From Pseudomonadota bacterium (GTDB taxonomy: Bacteria; Myxococcota; JACRCW01; JAFGSX01): a stretch of 64,000 nt of DNA. The stretch covers positions 1 through 64,000 of the forward strand of contig JBDRCO010000052.1 in NCBI GenBank assembly GCA_043821645.1, written 5' to 3'. A model generated the notes under the pieces. That model did not search any database, was not told where the DNA came from, and saw only the letters and a program-made list of their open reading frames with translations. Of this stretch, positions 8,357 to 18,620 are shown one piece after another (position 1 is the first letter of the stretch; each line of letters opens with the position of its first letter). A program made the translations under genes and the position numbers.

Positions 8357-10546
8357 CTACTTGACCTGGGCTGCGTACTTCTTGGCGCGCTCTGCGTACT
8401 CGCCCTCTGGCGCCTGCTCCAGGTAGCGCTGGAATTCCAGGTAGGCCTCGGCGCTGGATTTACGATCCGCCATCAGCGTGAAGCCCAGGTAGAAATGGCC
8501 GTCGGCATTCTTGCCGTCCAGCTCCAGGGCGCTCCGGAAAGCCTCGGTGGCCTTGTTGACTTCGCGCTGCTTGAGGAAGCTCTGGCCCAGCATCACCGCA
8601 GCGCGGCTCATGACGCTCTTGACGTCGCCGAAGGCCTTCTCGATGACGTCGAACTGCTTGAGGACCTCGGGGTGCTTGCCCGCCGTCTGGTAGGTGTCCA
8701 GCAACTCGAGCTGCACGGTCACGTTACCTGAATTCTCCTCGGCGGCCTTCTTGAGCAGGCCGATCGCGTCGTCGTACTTGCGCGCGTTGCGCTTGCTCAC
8801 CGCCTCGGCGACCACGATCTGCACGTTCTCGGAGTCCAGCTTGCGCGCCCGGGCCAGGGCCGCGTCGGCTTCCTCCATCTTGCCGGCCTCGGTAAGAGCT
8901 CGCGCCAGGACCACGTGGGTCGACACGCGATGGGGATCCACCTTGGCGGATTTCTTGAGCAGCTCGATGGCCTCGTCACGCTTGCCCATGAGCAGCATGA
9001 CGCGAGCGGACATGTACAGAACGTCCGCGTCACCGGGATCGCCGTTGCGTGGATCCTGGGCGTCCTTGAGGCTCTGCTCGGCGTCCTCGTTCTTGCTGCG
9101 CAGCCTGGCCACGTAGGCGTCGACGGTCTTGGCGCGACCCCACACCGTGGGTCCGATGCTGGCGCGGCCGACATCCTGGATGGTCTGCCAGTCCTGGTAA
9201 GCCGAGTAGACAGTCTGTGCGATCGGGTTCTCGAGGGCCAGGATGGCGCGCCCGGCCAGGGCATAGGCGTGGTCCGGGCTGGTCTTGATAGCGGCGTCGT
9301 ACTGCGCCCGTGCCAGGGACATCTGCAGCAATCGCCGATAGTACTCGGCGCTCTGGACCTGCGCGCGCACGCTGGTGGGACCGGCCTCGCGCGCCTTCTT
9401 GAGAGCCTCGGCAGCGAGCGTCATGTTGCCATTGGCAATGGCGGCCTGGGCCAGGGCCGCGAAGGTCTGCACCGTGGCATAGCCCTTCTCGGTGAGTTCC
9501 TTGGCCTTGGCCTCGGCGCCCGTGGCGTCGCCGTTGTACAGCGTCGACATGATCTCGGCGGCGTAGCGCCACGAGGTGTTGGATTTCTCCTGGGCCTTCT
9601 TCAGCACCTCCGGGAGCGCGGTGCGGTCATCCTTGATGCCATGTTCGAAACCGCGAACGGCCATGGCGAAGGCCTTGAGACCCAGCGCCAGCTCCTGCTC
9701 GCTGTCGAGCTTGAGAACCTCGTTGAGCTTGTCGACGGCCTCGCCCAGGGTCCGCGCTGTGTCCTTGCTGACCAGAGCCAGGGCCTGGGAATTGAGATCG
9801 TCGATCTTGCGCAGCTCGCGGGCGTGCAAGGCGAACCACAGGAAGAACACGCCCAGCACCGCCACACCGGCCGCGACGATGCCAAGGGTCACCCCCGCGC
9901 CACGCTTCTTGATCGGCTCGAGGCCCTGGTTGGGGTCAAAGGGCTTGCCGTCATACGAGGTCGCCTGGCGCGGGGGAGGCTGCCAGACGTTGACCGGCGC
10001 GGCCGCATGCTGCGCCACGGGTCTGGAGGTCGGACCCGCCTGCTGGGTCGCGGCGGTGGACACCGGGGACATGGCCGGGGCCGTGGGTGCAGGAGCGACG
10101 GGCACGGGTGGGGGAGGGGCCTCCACAACCGGCGCGTAATCGATGCCCTTCTTCTTCAGCGCCTCGGTCGCGTCCTGCGCGTCCTTGTCGATGTCGAGGG
10201 CCTGCTTGTAGATCGCGATCGCCCCGTCGCTGTCGCCCTTCTTGTCGAGGATCTGGCCCTTGACGATCAGGCAGGGCACGTGCTTGGGGTTCGCGCCGAG
10301 CAGGCTCTCGACTTCTTCCAGAGCCTTGGGAATCTTGCCCTGCTGCAGGTAGATGCGCGCCAGCAAGACATGACCGTCGAGGGCGTCCGGATTGGACTTG
10401 ATGCCCTTCTTGCAGACGACCATCGCCTCCATGAAGCGGCCCTGACCCAGGTAGGCCTCGGACAGCGACAGGAAAGCGGCCGACGCGGGATCCTTGGCAA
10501 AGGCCATCTCCAGCGCGGTGATGTCGACTTCTTTGGATTGGCTCAT
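8357..10546 (-). CDS. Bitopic multi-TPR protein (N-terminal TPRs, Pro-rich linker, TM, C-terminal TPRs)
   Basis: TPR repeats on both sides of a PPPPVPVAPAP linker and a single TM (GVTLGIVAAGVAVLGVFFLWFAL). Confidence 0.8.
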   Translation of the reverse strand: MSQSKEVDITALEMAFAKDPASAAFLSLSEAYLGQGRFMEAMVVCKKGIKSNPDALDGHVLLARIYLQQGKIPKALEEVESLLGANPKHVPCLIVKGQILDKKGDSDGAIAIYKQALDIDKDAQDATEALKKKGIDYAPVVEAPPPPVPVAPAPTAPAMSPVSTAATQQAGPTSRPVAQHAAAPVNVWQPPPRQATSYDGKPFDPNQGLEPIKKRGAGVTLGIVAAGVAVLGVFFLWFALHARELRKIDDLNSQALALVSKDTARTLGEAVDKLNEVLKLDSEQELALGLKAFAMAVRGFEHGIKDDRTALPEVLKKAQEKSNTSWRYAAEIMSTLYNGDATGAEAKAKELTEKGYATVQTFAALAQAAIANGNMTLAAEALKKAREAGPTSVRAQVQSAEYYRRLLQMSLARAQYDAAIKTSPDHAYALAGRAILALENPIAQTVYSAYQDWQTIQDVGRASIGPTVWGRAKTVDAYVARLRSKNEDAEQSLKDAQDPRNGDPGDADVLYMSARVMLLMGKRDEAIELLKKSAKVDPHRVSTHVVLARALTEAGKMEEADAALARARKLDSENVQIVVAEAVSKRNARKYDDAIGLLKKAAEENSGNVTVQLELLDTYQTAGKHPEVLKQFDVIEKAFGDVKSVMSRAAVMLGQSFLKQREVNKATEAFRSALELDGKNADGHFYLGFTLMADRKSSAEAYLEFQRYLEQAPEGEYAERAKKYAAQVK

Positions 10547-10745
10547 ATCGGGGGGCATCGACGATCCACTTACTGAAGAGTGCGCAAACAGTCAAATCAT
10601 GAGACGTGCGACCTGGGGTCTTCTGGCCGGAGCCGTGCCGGCCGCGTCGTCGTGACAGAGTGTCTGCGCCCTCCAGTTCTCGTTAAGCCTTCATCAGGTC
10701 CAGCTCCGGGGGAGACCCTCGCGAAAGGCCCCACCCACGGCGGGG

Positions 10746-11510
10746 TCAGCCGACGGTCTTTGTGTCCTTTTTTGCCAGGAAGGGTGTCAGCAGGTCGATG
10801 GGCACCGGGAAGATCGTGGTCGAGTTGTTCTCGCTGGCGACCTCGACCAGGGTCTGCAGGAAGCGCAGCTGCATGGACATGGGGTGATCGGACATGATCC
10901 GGGCGGCGTCGGCCAGCTTCTCGGCGGCCTGCTGCTCGCCCAGGGCCGCGATCACCTTGGATCGTCGTTCGCGCTCGGCCTCGGCCTGCTTGGCCATGGC
11001 GCGCTGCATCTCCTGGGGCAGGTCCACATGCTTGACTTCGACGTCGGAGATCTTGATACCCCAGGGATCGGTCTTGGTGTCGATCTCTTCTTGCAGCTTG
11101 AGGTTGATCTTCTCGCGCTCGGCCAGCAGATCGTCGAGCTCGAACTGCCCGAGGATGGAGCGCAGGGTGGTCTGGGCCAGCTGGCTGGTCGCGTACAGGT
11201 AATTCTCGACCTGCAGGATGGCCTTCGCGGGGTCCATCACCCTGAAGTAGATCACCGCGTTGACCTTCACCGACACGTTGTCACGGGTGATGATGTCCTG
11301 GGGTGGCACATCGCGTGCGACCACGCGCAGGTCCACCACCACCAGGCGATCGACGAAGGGCACGATCCATTTGAGACCAGGCTCCTTGTTCCCGGCATAT
11401 TTGCCGAGCCGGAAAATGACCCCACGCTCGTACTCGTTCACGATGCGCAGACCCGCAAAGATGAATGCCAGCACCACGGCTGCGCCGATCAAGACTCCAG
11501 TAATCTCCAT
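10746..11510 (-). CDS. SPFH/band-7 (slipin/stomatin) family protein
   Basis: [30 protein letters not shown] and QAEAERERR motifs. Confidence 0.93.
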   Translation of the reverse strand: MEITGVLIGAAVVLAFIFAGLRIVNEYERGVIFRLGKYAGNKEPGLKWIVPFVDRLVVVDLRVVARDVPPQDIITRDNVSVKVNAVIYFRVMDPAKAILQVENYLYATSQLAQTTLRSILGQFELDDLLAEREKINLKLQEEIDTKTDPWGIKISDVEVKHVDLPQEMQRAMAKQAEAERERRSKVIAALGEQQAAEKLADAARIMSDHPMSMQLRFLQTLVEVASENNSTTIFPVPIDLLTPFLAKKDTKTVG

Positions 11511-11715
11511 CTCCGGCCCTCCAGGGAGAAACGCGCCGCGCGATCTGGCGGCACTCGATCTCCCAATCGAGAAATGGGACGCCGATGTCTAGCGCGCCCA
11601 GCCTGCAGGGAGCAAGCCTCGCGCGGGACCGGGCGGTCGATTTTCTGCCAGGCGCCGTGTCTCGAACCGGGTGCTCGCCACACCACAGTGCCGCGCTGCC
11701 CGAGGGAGCCGGACC

Positions 11716-12129
11716 TCAGCTGTGGCTGGCCGCAGCGCTCTTCTGGGACACGGTGTTTTCGAGCAGCCACTGCCGCAGGCGCCGCTCGTCGCCTGGGGCG
11801 AACTTGCGGAACGCGGAGCCCACGGTGAACAGACCCTGCTTTTCGTCGCACCAGACGGCTTCGGACTGGACCTTGAGCAGCTCCACCTCCTTGCCGTGCG
11901 GGATGTAGAGCAGGATGTTCATGGGCTCGCCCACGTGGATCTCGGAGCCACATTCGAACGAGATGCCACCCGCACTGATGTTGCGGGTGCGCGTGGTGAT
12001 GGACTCGGTGAGCGCCTCCACCTCGACGCGGATCTCGATGGGCATCCGCGCGTAGCGTTTGTGGAAGGGGTGCTTTTCCTTCGCGTCCTTGATCTTGTCC
12101 TTGCCAGATTTGCTGTTCTTGCTCGCCAT
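11716..12129 (-). CDS. Single-domain PilZ protein (c-di-GMP receptor candidate)
   Basis: KRYAR resembles the RxxxR motif and is followed by NISAGG (D/N-x-S-x-x-G); C-terminal G..F. Confidence 0.8.
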   Translation of the reverse strand: MASKNSKSGKDKIKDAKEKHPFHKRYARMPIEIRVEVEALTESITTRTRNISAGGISFECGSEIHVGEPMNILLYIPHGKEVELLKVQSEAVWCDEKQGLFTVGSAFRKFAPGDERRLRQWLLENTVSQKSAAASHS

Positions 12130-12304
12130 GCGTGTCAGTCCAGCCCCGCCTGAAGTTGGACCCCCGTGGTTCACGAAAGACCCCCACCGAGGTGCGTGCG
12201 CCATCCTAGCAGACGCACGCGCGCCCCGCCAACTCCGTCGGGTGACCTGTGTCTATTGCCGGGCTTGCCCCCCCCCGGGGGCCGCCAGATAGACTGCCAG
12301 GCCC

Positions 12305-13618
12305 ATGACCAACTTGCCCCCTGTCCCCATCGCCGTTCGAACGCTGGCCAACGATCTGACCGTCGCCACGGTGCATCTGCCACACCTGCACCTCGGCTAC
12401 GCCGCCCTGTTCGTTCGTGGTGGGCCGCGCTTCGAGGATTCGCGAAGCCACGGCCTGTCCCACTTCTGCGAGCACATGTTGTTCCGGGGTGCGGGGCGCT
12501 TTGGTTCGGCGGTGGAGCTGGCGCGCGCTATCGAGGACGTGGGCGGCCACCTCGACGCGGCGACTTATCGGGACCACCTGGTCTACGCCTCGCTGTTTGC
12601 GCCCCGCGGTCTGGGACGCGTGCTCGAGGTGATTGCGGCGCTGGTGCGGGAGCCGGCCTTTTCCGACATCGAGGTCGAGCGGCGCATCATCCTCGAGGAA
12701 CTCAACGAACTCGAGGACGGACGCGGGCGGGAGATCGATCCGGACAACGTGCTGCGCAGCGTGCAGTTTGGTTCGCACCCGCTGGGCCAGCGGATCGATG
12801 GCTCCCGGCAAGGTCTGCAGCGCTTCTCGCGGCGGGACCTGCGCCGGCATCATGGACGCCACTACGGCGCACGCAACGCGGTGCTCGTGATCGCGGGTCC
12901 GGATGCCCCGGCCTCGATGGCGCGGCAAGCCCGTCGCCACCTGGGCTCCTTGCCGGCGGGCCAGCGCTTGCCCCTGGGCGCGCTGCCCGCACCTGGTGTG
13001 GCCCGTCCAAAGCTCCGCTTCGTCGACGAGGAAGGGAGTCAGACCGATCTGCGGCTCGGCTGGGTGGTGCCAGGTGAGAAGGACGCCCTGGCACCCGTAC
13101 TGGCCATCGCCCGCCGGCTCCTCGACGACGGCGTGAGCTCGCGCTTGCAGGACGAGCTGGTGGAGCAGCGCGGCCTGGCCTACGAGCTGTGGGCAGAGCT
13201 CGACCAGGCTGCGGATATCGGAGTGTTCGACCTCGGTGCGGTGGTGGCGCATCGCAAGGTGGCCAGTACCGTGCGTGCTCTGCTCGAGTCCCTCGCCAGG
13301 CTGGCCCAGGAAGGTCCATCTCCCGATGAGCTCCGCCGGGCCAAGCGCAGGGCCCTGTGGAGCTTCGAGGCTGCGGTCGACGCGCCGCATGCGCTGGCCG
13401 AGTGGGTCGGTCGCGGCCTGCTGTTCGATCTGAACATCGATGTCGCGTGCGCGCGGGCACAGATCCAGGGAGTGCGCGGGGCGCAGGTGCGCGGAGCTCT
13501 GCGACGGCTCCTGGCGCCTTCGTGCGTTCATCTTGTTGCAGTGGGAAAGGTGCGACCGCGCGAGCGCCAGCGCGTCGCGCGCGTCATCGAAGAGGCCGCC
13601 GCGCAGTGGCCAGGGTGA
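12305..13618 (+). CDS. M16 (pitrilysin) family zinc peptidase
   Basis: GLSHFCEHMLFRG (inverted HxxEH), ERRIILEE and RGLAY. Confidence 0.9.
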   Translation: MTNLPPVPIAVRTLANDLTVATVHLPHLHLGYAALFVRGGPRFEDSRSHGLSHFCEHMLFRGAGRFGSAVELARAIEDVGGHLDAATYRDHLVYASLFAPRGLGRVLEVIAALVREPAFSDIEVERRIILEELNELEDGRGREIDPDNVLRSVQFGSHPLGQRIDGSRQGLQRFSRRDLRRHHGRHYGARNAVLVIAGPDAPASMARQARRHLGSLPAGQRLPLGALPAPGVARPKLRFVDEEGSQTDLRLGWVVPGEKDALAPVLAIARRLLDDGVSSRLQDELVEQRGLAYELWAELDQAADIGVFDLGAVVAHRKVASTVRALLESLARLAQEGPSPDELRRAKRRALWSFEAAVDAPHALAEWVGRGLLFDLNIDVACARAQIQGVRGAQVRGALRRLLAPSCVHLVAVGKVRPRERQRVARVIEEAAAQWPG

Positions 13619-15181
13619 TCAGGCCGGTTCGACCTCGTCGCCAGTCGTGTCCTGGTCCGAGATCGCGTCACTGCGGGGCGGTGCCTGCCCGCTCAAGGTC
13701 GGCGCGTGGCCTGGGGTGGCACGGCCAAGCTCTGTGGGAGTGGTGCCGGGGCCTTCCCACCTCATGAGGCGCGCCACGGGAGCCGCCGCTGGTCCGCTCA
13801 CCTCGACGTAGGTGTGCGCCGTGCGGTGGTAGCGCGAGACCCAGTGGCCGGAGTTCACGTAGAAGCGCGACGGAGCAAAGCCGGGAGGGGTGACCTCGGG
13901 ATGCATGCCTGGCTCGTGGCTGTGGCCGAAGCTGACGAAGGGCACGCCCAGCAATCGAGCGATGAGCTGGGCCTTGTCCTCGAGGTGCGCCTCGGCCTCG
14001 AGGGTGCGCAGCCGTCGCAGCACCTCGTGGGTGAGGATGGATGTGAGCAGGACGCCCAGCGCCAGCGCGATGCGCGTCGTCAGGGCCAGGGGCAGCACGG
14101 CAGCCACCAGCAGGCCCAAGCTTGTCAGCATGAGCAGGAGGAAGCGGTCCAGGTAGAAGGCGAGCAGGATGCCCAGGAATCGCTCCGAGACCGGCGTTTC
14201 CTTGAAGGCATCCAGGCGTTCGACCAGGTGCACGGGGAGGCCAGCGCGATCAGCTACCGATGCCAGACGCCGCAGATGGCGCGCCCTGATCCGCGGCCGA
14301 CCCACGGTGTTGCGCCAGCTCTTGCGCGCCAGCACGTCGACCACGAGGCTGACGTAGGCGACGGTGGCGGTGAGAACGCGTGCTGGCGGCTGCAGGACGG
14401 CGAAGCGGAAGAAGTCGAAGAAGCTCCAGTTCTCCATCTCGGCAGCCGGCGCACCGTGGAGCAGCGGCGCGAAGTAGCGGATGGACCAGGACACGTAGGG
14501 CAGGGCCAGCGAGCGCCCCTCGTCCTCCACCGGATCAAGCAGGTCCTTGTAGGAGCAGTGGGGGTCGTACTGGTGTCCGTGCTCCACGTAGACCCGGCCG
14601 GGAACATGGTGGAACCAGGGCTCGAAGCGAACGCGCAGGGCGGCCTCGTCGACGGAACATCCCGCCATTTCGGCCAGGGTTGCGACCACCGCCTCGCGGA
14701 CCTCGGGCCAGTACATCTCCACATCGTGATTGCCGCGAATGATGACGAGCTGGTGCCCGGCTCCGACGAAGCGAGCCAGAGCCTCGAAGATGGGTCGATG
14801 AAAGCCGATGACGCTGCCCAGCTTCCATACCGCGTGTTCGCGCGATGAGTCCAGGCCGAGCCTTTCTTCGCGGGGCGTCAGAGGTCGCGTGCGGTGTAGC
14901 CTGGCTTCGATGGGATTGGGGTGAACCAGCGTGCGCAGGAAGTCAATCCAGTCACCGTTGATGACCAGGACGACAGGTTCCGTCCCACTGCCATGCTGCG
15001 CGTCGATGAAGGAGGAGAACTGCGTGTTGATGGCCTGGATGTGCTCGACGAAGGGCGCATCCCCTTCGCCCACCTCCTCGCCGAGGTGCACGTCGCTGGC
15101 AATGACGATGCGTGGCGCCGAGTTCGCCGCAGGCGCACGTCGGAATCCAAACCAGCCATTCAGCTTGTCCCGCCAGCCCAT
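13619..15181 (-). CDS. Calcineurin-like metallophosphoesterase with inserted transmembrane helices
   Basis: Motifs SDVH, NGDWID, GNHD, EHGH, FGHSH and NSGHW; hydrophobic segments precede the last motif. Confidence 0.8.
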   Translation of the reverse strand: MGWRDKLNGWFGFRRAPAANSAPRIVIASDVHLGEEVGEGDAPFVEHIQAINTQFSSFIDAQHGSGTEPVVLVINGDWIDFLRTLVHPNPIEARLHRTRPLTPREERLGLDSSREHAVWKLGSVIGFHRPIFEALARFVGAGHQLVIIRGNHDVEMYWPEVREAVVATLAEMAGCSVDEAALRVRFEPWFHHVPGRVYVEHGHQYDPHCSYKDLLDPVEDEGRSLALPYVSWSIRYFAPLLHGAPAAEMENWSFFDFFRFAVLQPPARVLTATVAYVSLVVDVLARKSWRNTVGRPRIRARHLRRLASVADRAGLPVHLVERLDAFKETPVSERFLGILLAFYLDRFLLLMLTSLGLLVAAVLPLALTTRIALALGVLLTSILTHEVLRRLRTLEAEAHLEDKAQLIARLLGVPFVSFGHSHEPGMHPEVTPPGFAPSRFYVNSGHWVSRYHRTAHTYVEVSGPAAAPVARLMRWEGPGTTPTELGRATPGHAPTLSGQAPPRSDAISDQDTTGDEVEPA

Positions 15182-15272
15182 GGTGCGAGAGCCTACTGTA
15201 AAAGGTGGTCCGTGCCACTCTGCACTCCGTGCCGGGTGGGGTTCGACCACGCCGGAGCGCCGCGTCGCGAAG

Positions 15273-15302
15273 TTGACACCTGTGGGTCCAAGCCCGTACG
15301 AT
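15273..15302 (+). promoter_or_regulatory. Putative sigma70 promoter for the Ig-like lipoprotein gene
   Basis: TTGACA-N18-TACGAT, about 80 nt upstream of ATG 15381. Confidence 0.55.
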
Positions 15303-15380
15303 GACGCATTATTTCAGGGGTCCACACCTCCGGCGGGAGCGCGTTCTCGCCGGGCTGTCGTGGCCTGGTGGGAGCTTGAC

Positions 15381-18300
15381 ATGAGGCATCGCTGGAACCT
15401 GGGCATTCTGTCGCTGATCGCACCTGTGCTCTTGTGGTCGGGCTGCCCAGAGGAGCCGACAACGCCGCCCGCCACCCGGGGCAGTATCCTGATCAAGGCT
15501 GTCGACGCCAACGGGGACGAGGCGGACGCCATTCCCGCGGATGGTCAAGCCTACCTGACCCTGCAGATCACGGCCAAGGCGCCCGGTGGCGCCGTTGCGG
15601 CCAATACCGAGATCGAGCTACTGACCAACCTGGGTTCCTTTGCCACAGCCCAGCGCTCGGACACCCTGACCGTGACCACCGACGGCGAGGGTCAGGCCTC
15701 GGCACAGTGGGTCTGCGCCAAGCCTGGAAGTGGTGACCCCGAGGATCCAGGTGGTGCGGCCCTGACCGCTCGCAACACCAACGCCGTGGCGAAGATCAAC
15801 CTGTTCTGCGAGGCCCTCGCCAATCTCAGCACCCTCAGCTTCGGCATTGAGGGCGGGGCGACCAACCTGTATGCCGACGGCACGTCCGATCTGGTGTTGC
15901 TGGCGGTGGCGACCGACAGCACCGGCGCCGCCCAGCGCAATGCTCGCATCGAGTTCGAGGTGGTCGACGGCAGTCAACGTCTGGTGAGCTCGACCGGTCT
16001 GGTCAGTCAGACCGCAGGAATGACCAACAACAGCGGCGAGGCTAGGGTGACGGTTCGTGCGCCCGCGACCCCGCAAAGTTTCGATGTGCAGGCGACCTGG
16101 GACTACGATACCGGCAACAACCCTGCCTTCGTCGAGACCGTGACCCTGAGCTTTGGCGAGGACCAGTCCGAGATCAGCCTGACCGCCGACCGCGTGTCCG
16201 CGCCTGCCGATGGCTCGGTGTCGTTCCACTTGACCGCCACAGCCCTGGACAGGGACGGTCAGCCTCTGGCCGACGGCATGGATGTGACGTTCCGGGCCAA
16301 CGAACCCTACGGTTTCGGCAGCCCCGTGTCGCAGCAGACGACCAGCCAGACGGCTGGGGGCGCTGGCGAGGCGACCGCGACACTCAATGCATCCCTGACC
16401 CAGGGGATCGCCCAGCTCACAGCGGAGTTTGAAGCCGCGCCGGGTCAGACCAGGCGGAGCTTGCCGCTGCAGGTCGAGTTTGTGGAACCCGGTCGCCTGA
16501 TCCTTTTGGTGACCGCGACTCCCACGGCTATCTACACCGATGATCTCGAGGTCACGACCATCGACATCCAGGCGGAGCGGGACGGGCAAGCTGTGGGCTC
16601 GCAGAACCTGACCATCAGCCTGAGCGCCCAGGATGCCGCCATGGCCACCTTCGGGGTTCAGGGTGCCAGCACCTCGCTGGCGCAGGTGAGCCGGACCACC
16701 GATAGTCAGGGTGCCGCGACCACCGAGCTTCGCGGCTTCTACTCCGGGGCCGCGGGCACGGTGACCGTGACGGTGAGCACGGTGGATACGCAGAACGCCA
16801 ACATCACGGTGACAGGCGTGGCGACGGTGCTGCTCAAGCGCCACCCCCTGCTGCAGAGTGTCGTGTTCATGGGTGCAGTGCCCGCCATGCTCGGAACGCG
16901 CGGCTCGCCTCGTCCCTCGACCGCCGTGGTGACCTTCCAGGCGCTCGACGACAACAACGTTCCCATGGAAGGCATCAACTTCCGCTTCCTGCGTCCCATC
17001 ACCATCGACCCGACGGTCGTCATCACCACCGTGGGCGGAGGTGACACGGTGGCCAGTGATGCTTCGGGAACGGTCATTGCCTACCTGTCAGCAGGTGTGC
17101 AAGCTCATCCCGTACGCGTCATCGCCGAGGCCACGGACCCCCGCACTGGCCTCACCATCGTGGTGACCTCGGACTCCATCCCCATCACCACCGGGCTGAC
17201 GTCCTGGACCCACAGCTGGTTTGTGTGCGAGCCCAACGGCGCCACCCTGGCTCCACCTGCCTCCCGCACCTGCGAGGCAGTGCTCGCGGACCGGTTCTCG
17301 GAGCGCGTACCCGGTGGTACCACCGTGCAGTTCCGCGTCGAGTCGGGCAACATCACGCCCACCGCGACGGTCACCGGCGACGGGTCGGCAGGAGGTGTCA
17401 GCTACCTCACCGGGACCCCGCCTCCCTCGGATACCCGCGACAAGGACGGAAACCTGGGCACCAGCAACCCGATTGACCGGCTGGTCAACATGCTGGCCTA
17501 CACCCGTGGTGAGGAGCCGTTCACGGACGTCAATGGCAACGGCATCTACGATCCCGGGGAGCCCTTCCTGGACTTCCCGGAGCCCTTCGTCGACAAGCAG
17601 GACAACTGCGAGCGCAACGACGCCACCGATCCCACTGACGAGTACTACGTGGATCCCACCCTTTACCCCGGCAACGTTGCCGATCCCTACGTGGTCCTGC
17701 GCAACACGGATCCCTTCATCGACGGCAACAACGATGGCCACTGGAACGGACCCAACGCCCAGTGGGATGACGACACGCTGCTGTGGTTCCAGGAGCAGAC
17801 GCTCTGGGTCTACGGCGCCGTGGCTTTTGACCTCGTGGATGCGGATTGCGTGGATTCACTGGTGCCGGGGCAGGTCGGCTACCCAGACTACGACAACGCG
17901 GCACACCTCGCCTATCTCCGCCGCTGCGCACCGCAGCAGGACGTGCGCTGGGATACGGGCAGCGGCCAGTGGGTGAGCTGGCCGCATGCGACGCCCTGGC
18001 TCGAGCAGGGTGAGAGCGTGCGCGTGCGCTTCAGGGCCTACGACAGCTTCGAGAACTGCCCGGCTCCAGGCGTTAATGCGACCTACACCTGGTCCGCCGA
18101 GAACGCCGAGGGCAACGGAACCACTCCACTGGGCTTCGAGGCGTGTGGTCTGTATTCCGGGCAGCCGGCCGTGAACCCCGTCACCGGGCACCTGCAGCCC
18201 TACTGCACGGTGTGGGACAACATCGAGGTGGATGCACGCCTCCGGGTGCAGACCTATGGCGTGGGTTCCGTGCCCTACACCGCCTTCTTCGATACCATCC

Positions 18301-18530
18301 GCTCCGGGCGCGGGCAGCCCATCATCCTGACTGTCGGCTTCGGTGGTGTGGACAACGCGGGAGGTGTGGTCGATATCCAGCGCACCAGGGGCTACATCGT
18401 GCCGTGTTCGGATGACCTGGAGTGCGGGGCGACCTTCATTGAAACGGATGCGGGTATGGTCCGCGACCCCAACTCCGCCACCTGCAATCTCCGCACAGGA
18501 TACTGCGAGGGCGGTGGCGCGACACCCTGA
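15381..18530 (+). CDS. Large lipoprotein with tandem bacterial Ig-like (Big_1/invasin-type) domains; putative adhesin
   Basis: Lipobox LWSGC; repeated (P/Y)ADG...L.A.A.D..G and T(D/N)..G.A motifs; EPFTDVNGNGIYDPGEPFLD Ca-binding-like motif; GGAG RBS. Confidence 0.8.
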   Translation: MRHRWNLGILSLIAPVLLWSGCPEEPTTPPATRGSILIKAVDANGDEADAIPADGQAYLTLQITAKAPGGAVAANTEIELLTNLGSFATAQRSDTLTVTTDGEGQASAQWVCAKPGSGDPEDPGGAALTARNTNAVAKINLFCEALANLSTLSFGIEGGATNLYADGTSDLVLLAVATDSTGAAQRNARIEFEVVDGSQRLVSSTGLVSQTAGMTNNSGEARVTVRAPATPQSFDVQATWDYDTGNNPAFVETVTLSFGEDQSEISLTADRVSAPADGSVSFHLTATALDRDGQPLADGMDVTFRANEPYGFGSPVSQQTTSQTAGGAGEATATLNASLTQGIAQLTAEFEAAPGQTRRSLPLQVEFVEPGRLILLVTATPTAIYTDDLEVTTIDIQAERDGQAVGSQNLTISLSAQDAAMATFGVQGASTSLAQVSRTTDSQGAATTELRGFYSGAAGTVTVTVSTVDTQNANITVTGVATVLLKRHPLLQSVVFMGAVPAMLGTRGSPRPSTAVVTFQALDDNNVPMEGINFRFLRPITIDPTVVITTVGGGDTVASDASGTVIAYLSAGVQAHPVRVIAEATDPRTGLTIVVTSDSIPITTGLTSWTHSWFVCEPNGATLAPPASRTCEAVLADRFSERVPGGTTVQFRVESGNITPTATVTGDGSAGGVSYLTGTPPPSDTRDKDGNLGTSNPIDRLVNMLAYTRGEEPFTDVNGNGIYDPGEPFLDFPEPFVDKQDNCERNDATDPTDEYYVDPTLYPGNVADPYVVLRNTDPFIDGNNDGHWNGPNAQWDDDTLLWFQEQTLWVYGAVAFDLVDADCVDSLVPGQVGYPDYDNAAHLAYLRRCAPQQDVRWDTGSGQWVSWPHATPWLEQGESVRVRFRAYDSFENCPAPGVNATYTWSAENAEGNGTTPLGFEACGLYSGQPAVNPVTGHLQPYCTVWDNIEVDARLRVQTYGVGSVPYTAFFDTIRSGRGQPIILTVGFGGVDNAGGVVDIQRTRGYIVPCSDDLECGATFIETDAGMVRDPNSATCNLRTGYCEGGGATP

Positions 18531-18620
18531 CCCGGACGCGCGGGCGCCGGACCAGTCTCCCGCCAGTGTCTCCTCCGACCCATGCGTGACTTGAGCGCAC
18601 CAAACCGCTAGCCTCCGTCC

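Noticed and set aside
10660-10745. CTGATGA on the minus strand (hammerhead or fluoride-riboswitch-like core)
   Set aside because: There is no stem II followed by GAAA and no convincing riboswitch P1.
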